Shown here piece after piece: positions 49,915 to 58,846 of a DNA stretch of 64,000 bases; position 1 is the first letter of the stretch; each line of letters opens with the position of its first letter. The notes under the pieces are model-generated. The model was not told the DNA's origin and ran no database searches. It saw only the letters and a list, made by a program, of their open reading frames with translations. A program made the position numbers and the translations under genes. Origin of the DNA: Prevotella sp. (GTDB lineage: Bacteria; Bacteroidota; Bacteroidia; Bacteroidales; Bacteroidaceae); assembly GCA_022773825.1 (NCBI GenBank), contig JALFOF010000088.1, forward strand, positions 7,236 to 71,235, read 5' to 3'.

Positions 49915-51936
49915 TTATTTCTTTTTCTTCATTAAACTATACGCTGTGTAAAGCCCGAGCTCCCCAGCCTTGCTGAAATCAGCCTTAGCCTGCGCCACCT
50001 TTCCCATGGCGAGGTATGCCAATCCACGGTTGTAATAGGCGTATGACAAACGGGTGTCTATGTCGATAGCCTGTGTAAGCAGAACCACAGCCTTGTCATA
50101 GTCTTTCATTCTGGCGCAGAACGTGCCGTGGCAATAGAGCACGTATGCGTTGCCCGCATCCCGACGGTGCAGTTCCGCGAAATCACTCGCTACCCCTGCT
50201 TTCCGCAATTCCATCTCCTGCGGTGTAAGACCTTTCTCGTATTCTGCCGTCATTGCAGCGCATACCGTCCTCTGCCACAGCGCAATATAGGACGTGGAGT
50301 CCATTTGCAGATAGTCATCAATGTCCTTCCGCGCCTCTTGGTAGTTCTGCGAGGAGGAATACGCCACAGCTCTCGTCATGAGCAGGTTAGCAGCCTCGGT
50401 GGCATCCTTCGTCTTGTGCATCGCCTCAGTGATTGCGTCCACCACGTCATTTGTAGGTATTCCCGTGCCCTCTCCCACTACACCGAGCACTGGCAGGCTG
50501 AGGGAATAGCGTTTTGCTAACGGGCTCACCTTCACGCGGAACTTCTCTACCTCCGCGTCGAACAGCGATACCGTGGAGACTGTTGTGCCTACGCCACCCA
50601 TTGTCAACGCAAGATATGGCTGATACTGTTCCTTCACCTGACGGTTTTGCACTCTTCCGCGGTATTCGCTCTTGTATTCCTGCGCCTGCTCCGCCTCATC
50701 CTCCATTACTATCTGGTTGTATTTCTCGGGGTCTATGTCGCTTAACTTTCGCGCCTCTGCCACCTTGGAGCGCGACCACCTGTTTTGGATACCGAGGTGT
50801 TTGTCCATCTGTGCCTTGAGTATGCGGTATTCGTCCTGTTCCGCCTTTGCCGTCATGCCCAATTTGCGATAGCACTCGGCACGGTAATGCAGGCCTGTCC
50901 AGAAATTGGGAAACTTATTTATCACCTTGGTGTAGTCGCGTATCGCGCCACGCAGGTCGCCTATTCTGTCGAGCAGAGTAGCACGGTTGAAGAGAGCCAT
51001 CACATTGTCTGGCTCAAGAGCAAGCACATAGTCGAAGTCTTCTATCGCTCTGTTATCATCACCCACTTGCAACCTCAGCAGTCCCCTGTTGTAGTGTGCG
51101 AGGAAATTGTTTGGGTCAGCCTCCAAAGCATCATCGTAATCGCTCATGGCACCGCGCAGGTTGTGGAGCCTCAGCCTTGCCAACGCCCTGTTGACGAGGC
51201 TTCCAGCATCCTTGGGTTTGAGGTGCAACGATTTGGAGAAGTAGCTGTCGGCTTCCTTCCACTGCTCCTTACGCAGTGCGAGGTTCGCCCTCACCCTCCA
51301 TGCGCTGGCGTTGAAGGAGTCCACCGCGAGGCTGTTCACTATCCATTTTTCGGCAGACAGTGTATCTTTCTTATTTAGATACACCTCGGCTTTCAACAGG
51401 TATGGCGGCGCATACTTCTCCCAACGCGATATAATGGTGTCGAGTTGCGACAGCGCCGCGTCGTAATCTTTCTGTTCCATGTAGCAGGCGGCGCGGTTAT
51501 ACCAATAGTTGCGGTTGGAGGGGTCTTGCTCTATGGCCTTGGAATAGTCTGCTATCGCTCCGTCATACTGCTCCAGCCTTATTCTTGAAATACCCCTAAG
51601 GTCATACAGTCCCGTTATGTAGGGATTCAACTCTATAGCCTTTGAGGCGTCGGCTTCCGCGCCATTCCAGTCATCAAGGTAGTATTTGGCTATGGCGCGC
51701 AGCTGCCATGGTTCCCATAGGTATGGTTTCTGCGACAGTGCCTGGTTGAAATACTGTATGGACAGCACGTAGTCCTCGTAGTGTAACGCCACCTTTCCGC
51801 TCAGTATCAGGCGGTCCACCTTATACTGGGCATGCAGGCACACGGCAGACAGGCAGAGCAGTAGCCCTGCCATCACTCTATTTGCCTGTTGGCAAAAGGA
51901 AGTACCATACCTGTTATTATCCCGTGCAATCCCCAA
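49915..51936 (-). CDS. Tetratricopeptide-repeat protein (start uncertain; ATG at 51873 possible)
   Basis: Many TPR repeats (AIADYSKAIE, AHYNRGL, AYYNRGLAY). Confidence 0.9.
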   Translation of the reverse strand: MGIARDNNRYGTSFCQQANRVMAGLLLCLSAVCLHAQYKVDRLILSGKVALHYEDYVLSIQYFNQALSQKPYLWEPWQLRAIAKYYLDDWNGAEADASKAIELNPYITGLYDLRGISRIRLEQYDGAIADYSKAIEQDPSNRNYWYNRAACYMEQKDYDAALSQLDTIISRWEKYAPPYLLKAEVYLNKKDTLSAEKWIVNSLAVDSFNASAWRVRANLALRKEQWKEADSYFSKSLHLKPKDAGSLVNRALARLRLHNLRGAMSDYDDALEADPNNFLAHYNRGLLRLQVGDDNRAIEDFDYVLALEPDNVMALFNRATLLDRIGDLRGAIRDYTKVINKFPNFWTGLHYRAECYRKLGMTAKAEQDEYRILKAQMDKHLGIQNRWSRSKVAEARKLSDIDPEKYNQIVMEDEAEQAQEYKSEYRGRVQNRQVKEQYQPYLALTMGGVGTTVSTVSLFDAEVEKFRVKVSPLAKRYSLSLPVLGVVGEGTGIPTNDVVDAITEAMHKTKDATEAANLLMTRAVAYSSSQNYQEARKDIDDYLQMDSTSYIALWQRTVCAAMTAEYEKGLTPQEMELRKAGVASDFAELHRRDAGNAYVLYCHGTFCARMKDYDKAVVLLTQAIDIDTRLSYAYYNRGLAYLAMGKVAQAKADFSKAGELGLYTAYSLMKKKK

Positions 51937-52200
51937 TGGTGGTGTTTGGTTGTTTAGTTGTTTGGTGGTTTGGTGGTTTGGTTCTTCGCTGTGCGAAGCG
52001 GCAGAGCCGAGCGGTGTGGTGATTTAGTCGTTTGGTTGATTGGTTGGTTGATTGATTGGTTCTTGCTTTGCCGCTCGACTTTAGTCGCTTGCCTTAGCAA
52101 GAAGCGGCAGAGACGAGTGGATTGCAAGCCTATTCAGTTAATTATCCATTACACTTAACTAAACCACTAAACAACTAAACCACTAAACCACCAAACCACC
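51937..52200. repeat. Family B composite element
   Basis: TTTGGTGG/TTTAGTTG octamer arm, partial core 51980-52013, full 59-bp core 52059-52117, AAACMACY arm 52160-52200. Confidence 0.85.
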
Positions 52201-52205
52201 CTCCT

Positions 52206-52769
52206 TTACTTTCCCTTCGGTGCCTTGACCTTGTATCCGCAGCGGAAGCGTCCCTGCAACAGTGCGCGCAGTTTTGACTTGATGAGCTGTTTGCGCAGTG
52301 GCGACAGGCGGTCGATGAACATCTGCCCCTCAAGGTGGTCGAACTCATGCTGCATTACGCGTGCCAGGTAGCCCTCTACCCATTCCTCATGCTCCACGAA
52401 GTTTTCGTCCATATATCGCACAAGTATGCGCGTAGGGCGCACCACCTTCTCATGTATAGCAGGTACCGACAGGCATCCCTCCTCTGAGGTAGAGGTTTCA
52501 CTGTCATCGTACTCCACGATATGCGCGTTGATGAACACCTTTCTGAGACCTTCGTACTCGGGGAGGTCTTCCTTCAGCACGTCAAGGTCTATCACCACGA
52601 GCCTTATGTCAAGTCCCACCTGTGGCGCTGCCAGTCCTATGCCCTCGCTGTCAGCAAGGGTTTCCCACATATTAGCTATGAGAGCCTGTAAATCCGGATA
52701 ATCCTTGTCTATATCGCGTGCCACTTTTCGCAGCACTGGCTGTCCGTATGTATATATAGGTAATATCAT
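52206..52769 (-). CDS. def: Peptide deformylase
   Basis: [19 protein letters not shown]. Confidence 0.98.
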   Translation of the reverse strand: MILPIYTYGQPVLRKVARDIDKDYPDLQALIANMWETLADSEGIGLAAPQVGLDIRLVVIDLDVLKEDLPEYEGLRKVFINAHIVEYDDSETSTSEEGCLSVPAIHEKVVRPTRILVRYMDENFVEHEEWVEGYLARVMQHEFDHLEGQMFIDRLSPLRKQLIKSKLRALLQGRFRCGYKVKAPKGK

Positions 52770-52892
52770 AAAATAAAATAAAGTCCACCTCGTTCTTTTC
52801 TTTCAAGGCGAGAAACGATGGTGGATGTTTTGCTTGGGTATACTATATTGATGAATTAATGGTGAGCCTCCTTGCCCCTGCCACTGTCCCTG

Positions 52893-53318
52893 TCAAGGGA
52901 TGGCTGGGCGGATTTTCTGCAGATAGTCCTGCAGGATGATAGTGGCAGAAATTCTGTCCACGAGTGCCTTGTCCTGCCTTGCTTTTTTCCTAAGGCCGGC
53001 ATCAAGCATCGTCCTGTGCGCCATCACCGAGGTGAACCTCTCATCGTAGCCCTCTATCGGTATCTCCGGGTGTGCCTTCCGCCACGCTTCCTCAAACTGC
53101 TTCACGCGCCTCAGGTTCTCCGATGGTTGCCCGTTGGGCTGCACTGGCTCACCAATGATGATACGCTCCACCTCCTCACGCTTCACATAGTCGTTGAGGA
53201 AGGGCATGAGTTGCTTGGTGTCAAGAGTATCAAGCGCACCAGGCACTATCTGCAACGTGTCCGTCACAGCCAGCCCGGTGCGTTTCTTTCCATAGTCTAT
53301 CGCTAAAATCCGTGCCAT
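52893..53318 (-). CDS. ruvX: RuvX/YqgF pre-16S rRNA nuclease
   Basis: MARILAIDYGKKRTGLA, DERFTS, VDRISATIILQDYL. Confidence 0.95.
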   Translation of the reverse strand: MARILAIDYGKKRTGLAVTDTLQIVPGALDTLDTKQLMPFLNDYVKREEVERIIIGEPVQPNGQPSENLRRVKQFEEAWRKAHPEIPIEGYDERFTSVMAHRTMLDAGLRKKARQDKALVDRISATIILQDYLQKIRPAIP

Positions 53319-53332
53319 CAGCCTGCAAGCAA

Positions 53333-53845
53333 CTACTGTTTCATCAGCAGCCACGCATCAGGATAAGCGGAGCGCAAGGAATTGCGGCTCTCTACAGCGT
53401 TGGCCTTGGAGTCAAACGTTGTGGCTACAACGCGATACATATTGCGCTCGGAGTTGTATGCCACCTGCGCGTTGTAACCAGCCTTGGTGAGCGTGCTTTG
53501 CAAGCCTTCAGCATTGGCGCGCACGCCGAATGAGCCTACTACCACTGAATATGCCTTCAGCCCTGCCCCGCTGACAACGGTAAGGTTCTCTGAGCGTACT
53601 GGCACATTGTCGTTATTGTCTGTCACGGTAGCCTGCGCGGGCGACTCTACCAGCGGTGTCACCACGGGCGTATTCTGCTGCGCTGGCTCCTGCACCTGCT
53701 GCGTCGCAGGCTGCTGCTGTTGCGCCATCTCCTGAGCCTTTGCCTTTTCATACGCTTTACGGTAAGCGCTTTCCTTTGAAGAACCACATGATGTGAACGC
53801 CATAGATGCGCATATCGCCGCGCATATCATTACGTATTTTTTCAT
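53333..53845 (-). CDS. SPOR-domain lipoprotein
   Basis: FTSC lipobox; YSVVVGSF...NA, YRVVA, YPDAWL. Confidence 0.88.
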   Translation of the reverse strand: MKKYVMICAAICASMAFTSCGSSKESAYRKAYEKAKAQEMAQQQQPATQQVQEPAQQNTPVVTPLVESPAQATVTDNNDNVPVRSENLTVVSGAGLKAYSVVVGSFGVRANAEGLQSTLTKAGYNAQVAYNSERNMYRVVATTFDSKANAVESRNSLRSAYPDAWLLMKQ

Positions 53846-54028
53846 TATTATTCGTGTTAAAAGTTTATACTTACATCCTAATATGCCACAAAGGTAATAA
53901 AAAAAACGTTAGGATTTCGCCTGTTTCGGTATTTTTAACATAAACTTTTTCGCTTTTCAGTTATTTTTTTACTACATTTGCAAATAATTAAAGACAACTC
54001 TAATATTAACCCTTAAAACATTACTCTT

Positions 54029-54223
54029 ATGAAAGCATTAGGTTACATTGGCGCAATCATCGGCGGAGCCGTTGCAGGCGCGACAGCAGCACTTCTTTTC
54101 GCACCAGAAAAGGGCTCAGAGACACGCTCAAAGATACAGGAGGCTGTGAAGGATTTCTGCGAGAAGCACGACATAAAGCTCTCCTGCAAGCAGATAAAGG
54201 AGATTGCTGACGACATTGAATAA
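54029..54223 (+). CDS. YtxH domain protein
   Basis: GAVAGATAALLFAPEKGSETR. Confidence 0.88.
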   Translation: MKALGYIGAIIGGAVAGATAALLFAPEKGSETRSKIQEAVKDFCEKHDIKLSCKQIKEIADDIE

Positions 54224-54379
54224 AGATGTCATGCGCCCCTGCGCTTGCAGGCGGCAAGAATAGAACAGGTTGGAGACTGCCGGTGAGGAGAGCATCCCTG
54301 CCGGCAGCACACAATCTGGCTTGGCTGGCAAAAAACGCCCGCCGCACACCACTACCCACTATTAAACCTGCATAGCACC

Positions 54380-54745
54380 GTGTTGTCAAACGACAAAAAC
54401 ATAGAGAGAATAGCCGATTTCGTAGCGGAAGCCAAGGAATGGCTGCTACTGAAGAAGGAGTACACCAAGCTGGACGTGATAGACAAGGTGGTAAGGATAG
54501 TGTCAACGCTCACCATTGCCTTCGTCATTGCACTGCTCGTGCTTCTGGCACTGATATATTTCTCGTTTGCCGCAGCGTACTACCTCGCGGAGTTGTGGCA
54601 GTCCATGCCACTGGCATTTTTGGCTGTATGCCTCACATACATTATTATATTAGGCATAGTGCTTATGAAACGCCATGCCTGGATAGAGCGCCCGATGGTG
54701 AGATTTCTCATCACCATATTCAAGGATGATGCCAACGAAAGATAA
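54380..54745 (+). CDS. Two-TM membrane protein (holin-X/YqjE-like)
   Basis: Two TM helices, EYTKLDVIDK, WIERP; usual YtxH neighbour. Confidence 0.7.
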   Translation: MLSNDKNIERIADFVAEAKEWLLLKKEYTKLDVIDKVVRIVSTLTIAFVIALLVLLALIYFSFAAAYYLAELWQSMPLAFLAVCLTYIIILGIVLMKRHAWIERPMVRFLITIFKDDANER

Positions 54746-54757
54746 AACCGCACTGCC

Positions 54758-55051
54758 ATGCAACAGAAAAACAACAAGGCTCACGACACCATAGTCATCG
54801 ACTCCCTTGAGGCTCTCGCCACGCGCAAGCAGCAACTGAAGGATGATATAGACAGCGCAGAGGAGCGTTTGGCTACCATTTGGCACGACATGTTCCGGCA
54901 GCCAACGGCGGAAGAGATGAGCTCACCGACCAAACGGCTGATGGCAACCATAACATCGGCCTCCGCACTGATAGACGGCGCACTGCTTGGATGGAAGCTG
55001 TACCGCCGCCTTGGCGGAACATCGAAATGGTTTCGCCGCAAGAAGAAGTAA
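54758..55051 (+). CDS. Hypothetical protein
   Basis: Coiled-coil N-terminus, IDGALLGWKLYRR, basic tail; third gene of the operon. Confidence 0.7.
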   Translation: MQQKNNKAHDTIVIDSLEALATRKQQLKDDIDSAEERLATIWHDMFRQPTAEEMSSPTKRLMATITSASALIDGALLGWKLYRRLGGTSKWFRRKKK

Positions 55052-55073
55052 GCAAGAAACAGACACTGGCAAA

Positions 55074-55180
55074 ACAAAAGCGCCGTGATTACGATGTAAA
55101 AGCATAGAGATTGCATCGTAATCACGGCGCTTTTACTGTGTAAAAGCATAGCGTTTACAATTCAATCGCTATGCTTTTGT
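55074..55180. repeat. Family A array (5 units, 22-bp period)
   Basis: Units start at 55074, 55096, 55118, 55140 and 55162. Confidence 0.88.
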
Positions 55181-55262
55181 TGTTATAACAAGACAATGTA
55201 GCGAAAGCAAGTAGGCACGGCACCCCGCCGCCGAGGATTATTTAGCGAAAAAGAAGCAGAAA

Positions 55263-55294
55263 TTTGGCACAGTGAGGATTTTTTATTACCTTTG
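55263..55294 (+). promoter_or_regulatory. rnpB promoter
   Basis: TTTG-N20-TACCTTTG. Confidence 0.8.
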
Positions 55295-55308
55295 CAGAGA
55301 AATAGGAC

Positions 55309-55711
55309 GGCAGTGCCCTGGTCTTGTCGCTGGCGCCACAATGGCGCGAGAGGAAAGTCCGGGCAGCGCAGGGTGCTCCACTTGCGAAAGTACAAGCTAT
55401 TGGCGACAGTAGGCGTAAGGCAGAAGAAAAGAACCGCCTCTTTTCGGGAGGTAAGGGTGAGAAGGTGGTGTAAGAGACCACCAGCCGGTTGGTGACAGCC
55501 GGGCTGTGCCTGCTGGAGGCTGCAAGTTCAAGTAAACCATCGTCATGGCAGGGCGACCCGCCCGACAAGGTTCGGCCTTACGATGGAGGGTAGAATGCTA
55601 AGCCGCAAGGCTAAACCAGCATGGTGACATGAGGGGTAGATAAATGACAGGACACCCACTTGGCGTGAGAACGCCAGAGGGACACAGAACCCGGCTTATA
55701 GGGGCACTGCC
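55309..55711 (+). ncRNA. rnpB: RNase P RNA (type A)
   Basis: GAGGAAAGTCCGGGC and ACAGAACCCGGCTTA universal motifs; P1 GGCAGTGCCC/GGGCACTGCC. Confidence 0.98.
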
Positions 55712-55734
55712 TTCCTTTTTCTTTTTTTAGACCT

Positions 55735-56874
55735 ATGAGACTAAGAAACCTAATATCCACATCAAAACTGTTCATACAAGCACTGTGGGCAGACATCTCG
55801 CAGAAGCGCGTTATCGACACCGCAAGCAACTTGACCTACTCCTCGTTGCTCGCCATAGTGCCGATAATGGCGGTGGTGTTTGCCATAGCACGCGGCTTCG
55901 GATACTCCATACTCATAGAGAAATGGTTTACCACAACGATGGCGTCGCAGCCGGAAGTGGCGGAGATACTTATAACATTCGTAAACTCCTACCTGAAACA
56001 TACACAGAAGGGGGTGTTCCTCGGCATAGGACTTGTATTCATGTTATGGACAGTGCTGATGCTTATCTCCAACATTGAGAAGGCGTTCAACGACATCTGG
56101 CAAGTGAAGAGGCAACGGAGCATTTTCCGCACTGTTACCGACTACATCGCCTTGTTGTTCCTTATACCCGTCGTCATAGTTATAAGCTCTGGCTTGTCAA
56201 TATGGGTAACGGCACTAAACCACCAGCTGCACGACGTGGTAGTGATAGGTCCGGCAATGGCACTGATAATAGAACTGTCGCCATACGTGCTGCTATCGAC
56301 GGCGTTCACCGCCCTGTACACCTTCATGCCCAACACAAAGGTGAGGCTGAGGTCGGCAATAGTACCGGGAATAATAGCCGGTGTGTCCATGCAATTGTTT
56401 CAGTTGGTGTATATCAACTCGCAGATATGGATTTCCAACTATAACGCCATCTACGGCTCCTTCGCCGTGCTGCCGTTCTTCTTGCTATGGATGCAGACCT
56501 CGTGGATTATCTGTCTGGTAGGAGCGGAGATTTCTTTTTGCAGGCAGAACGCGGAGGATTTCTATTCCTTCAAACCACAGGAGCCGAGTTTCAACTCACG
56601 GCTGAAGATGTCGTGGCGCATAATGGAGCTGGTAGGCGAGCGTTTCTCCGCCGGCGAGGCGGCGCTAACAGCCCTGGAAATAAAAAAACGCATAGGCATT
56701 CCTATGCGTTCTGTCAATACTCTGCTGTACGATTTACAGCGTATTCATTTCATTGCGGAGATGGTGCACGATGAGAAGGGCGACACGGCACAGTATCTTC
56801 CTGCCGAGGATATGAAGAACCTCACCAAGGAAGTGCTGGAGGAACGGCTCGCAAACCTTGGCGAGAAACTGTAG
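55735..56874 (+). CDS. YihY/BrkB family membrane protein
   Basis: ASNLTYSSLLAIVP, IEKAFNDIW, YNAIYGSFA...GAE. Confidence 0.92.
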   Translation: MRLRNLISTSKLFIQALWADISQKRVIDTASNLTYSSLLAIVPIMAVVFAIARGFGYSILIEKWFTTTMASQPEVAEILITFVNSYLKHTQKGVFLGIGLVFMLWTVLMLISNIEKAFNDIWQVKRQRSIFRTVTDYIALLFLIPVVIVISSGLSIWVTALNHQLHDVVVIGPAMALIIELSPYVLLSTAFTALYTFMPNTKVRLRSAIVPGIIAGVSMQLFQLVYINSQIWISNYNAIYGSFAVLPFFLLWMQTSWIICLVGAEISFCRQNAEDFYSFKPQEPSFNSRLKMSWRIMELVGERFSAGEAALTALEIKKRIGIPMRSVNTLLYDLQRIHFIAEMVHDEKGDTAQYLPAEDMKNLTKEVLEERLANLGEKL

Positions 56875-56878
56875 TTCC

Positions 56879-57664
56879 TCAATATATCTTACCCACAATC
56901 TTATACGTCCACGTGGCTGGCAAGAGTTTGCCCAACAGCTGGAAGAGATGGTATTGTGCCCCCACAGTGTAGTAAGCGCACGGGCGACGAGCCTCGGCAA
57001 TGCTCAGCAGCTTACGCGCCATGCGCTCAGGAGCTATACCATTGGCTTCGTCATGCTCCATCGTAGCAATGGCTTTATCCATGTTTTGATAGACATCCGC
57101 GCCCTCAACACTCTTACGCCGCGCCTCGGTGAAACCCGTCTTTACATCGCCTGGCAACAGACAGCAGACGCTGATACCGAAAGGTCGCACCTCGTTGCGT
57201 AGGGACATAGCCAGCGCATTGACCGCAAACTTGGAGGCGGAATAGAACGACTGGAAGGGGATGGAGAAGACAGATGCCATGCTGCTGACAAAGATAATAC
57301 TACCCCTGCGCGCCTGACGCATATAAGGCAGGACTGCCTGCGTGATGTTTACCGCGCCGAAGAAATTGACATCCATCTGCCGCTTGGCATCGTCAGCGGA
57401 GGTAAACTCCACTGCTCCGGAGATGCCCATGCCGGCATTGCTTATCAATATGTCCACTCCCCCACTCTCCTCTACAGCCATGGCAATGGCACGACAGCAG
57501 TCTGCCGGGACGGTAACATCGCAGTCAATGTGTGTTACACCAACGCTGTCTGCCCCATGGCGCGACAACTCATAGACTTTGTACCCCTTGGCGGCAAACA
57601 GTTCCGCCGTGGCTTTGCCGATGCCGGAGCTTCCGCCCGTGATGACGAGGGTCTTCTTGTTCAT
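56879..57664 (-). CDS. SDR family oxidoreductase
   Basis: TGGSSGIG, NAG, YSASK. Confidence 0.93.
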   Translation of the reverse strand: MNKKTLVITGGSSGIGKATAELFAAKGYKVYELSRHGADSVGVTHIDCDVTVPADCCRAIAMAVEESGGVDILISNAGMGISGAVEFTSADDAKRQMDVNFFGAVNITQAVLPYMRQARRGSIIFVSSMASVFSIPFQSFYSASKFAVNALAMSLRNEVRPFGISVCCLLPGDVKTGFTEARRKSVEGADVYQNMDKAIATMEHDEANGIAPERMARKLLSIAEARRPCAYYTVGAQYHLFQLLGKLLPATWTYKIVGKIY

Positions 57665-57673
57665 TGTTAGCTG

Positions 57674-58825
57674 TTACTTTCTTTTCTTATAATAATAATA
57701 CCAGTAGGTTCCGAAATAGGCATCACGGATAGCGGACTCACGGAGCACGGCGGATTTCTGCGACCGCATGACCGTGAGGAAGTCGGCATAGTCTACCTGC
57801 ATAGCCTGCATGGCAAGGGTATCTCTCACCTTATACCGCTCACAATACAACACGTATGCCTCTGCGTAATGCGTTGGCAAGGAGTCGTTTATACTATAAT
57901 AGCGCGGGAGTTCACGCACAAAGGAGCGCAGGTCGCGGTCAAGCAGATAGGAACACAATAGATAGTCATGCGCCACAGGCTTCACAGTGCCGCGCCTTAG
58001 CTCCCTTTGCAAGAAGGCACTAAGCGGCTCTGCCTTGTCGCGCGGCACGATACCGATGGTCTGCCACAACAGTTTGTCATCGCCAAGCATGAAGATTGCG
58101 GAATAATCACACTGGGGAGAGAGGGAGCGGGAGCTGCCCGTGATATCATAATTGAAGAGCTTGTCGCCCAACTGCCCGGTGTTTGCGAGGGCAAGGGCAC
58201 GAAGCATGGTGAGAGAGGAGTCGTTATCGTATTGCGGGAAGCCTACCTCAAGGGCTTTATCCCACTGCCGTGAGCGGCAGAAACGCTCCACCTCCAGTCG
58301 TGTATGCAGCGTGCGGTCAGTGTTGCCCATAGAATATGTCAACGCCATCATGCACACAAGGATGAGGATATTGGTCCACCATGGATGCGAAAGGAAAGCG
58401 GTGCTGCGCAGAGGCGTAAGGAAGGCTAGGTAAGTCCTTAGCTGGCGCGCCACGAAAGCATAGACAACAAGCAACAATGGCGACGCGACGAGCCACGGCA
58501 TGGATGTGCGGACGCTATTACCACCGACATGAACAGCCGTCAACAGGCCAAGCAAGAGAAACGAGGGGAAGAATATCAGCGAGAAAGCACGCTGCGGCAG
58601 CCGCGTGAACAGGCTTACCACGAAGGCGAGAAGCGACAGAATGATAGTTATTACCGACACTCCCACGCCCCTATGATAGCGTGTCTGCCCCTCCGCCCAC
58701 ACGTTCTGCGTCATCGCAAGGAGGTCTCCTTGAAATGAAAAGACGTATGTTACGATGAAAATTACAAAAAGGATAGCACACACTACCTTTACAGTAGTGG
58801 TGCTATCTTTTCTCCTATGTATCAT
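57674..58825 (-). CDS. DUF6057-like membrane protein
   Basis: Five N-terminal TM helices; DYLLCSYLLDRDL and FGTYWYYY C-terminal motifs. Confidence 0.7.
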   Translation of the reverse strand: MIHRRKDSTTTVKVVCAILFVIFIVTYVFSFQGDLLAMTQNVWAEGQTRYHRGVGVSVITIILSLLAFVVSLFTRLPQRAFSLIFFPSFLLLGLLTAVHVGGNSVRTSMPWLVASPLLLVVYAFVARQLRTYLAFLTPLRSTAFLSHPWWTNILILVCMMALTYSMGNTDRTLHTRLEVERFCRSRQWDKALEVGFPQYDNDSSLTMLRALALANTGQLGDKLFNYDITGSSRSLSPQCDYSAIFMLGDDKLLWQTIGIVPRDKAEPLSAFLQRELRRGTVKPVAHDYLLCSYLLDRDLRSFVRELPRYYSINDSLPTHYAEAYVLYCERYKVRDTLAMQAMQVDYADFLTVMRSQKSAVLRESAIRDAYFGTYWYYYYKKRK

Positions 58826-58846
58826 TTTCTTTACTTTTTTGCTTGT

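Noticed and set aside
54380-54745. Holin-like gene as prophage evidence
   Set aside because: Sits in the ordinary ytxH operon; no phage genes in the window.
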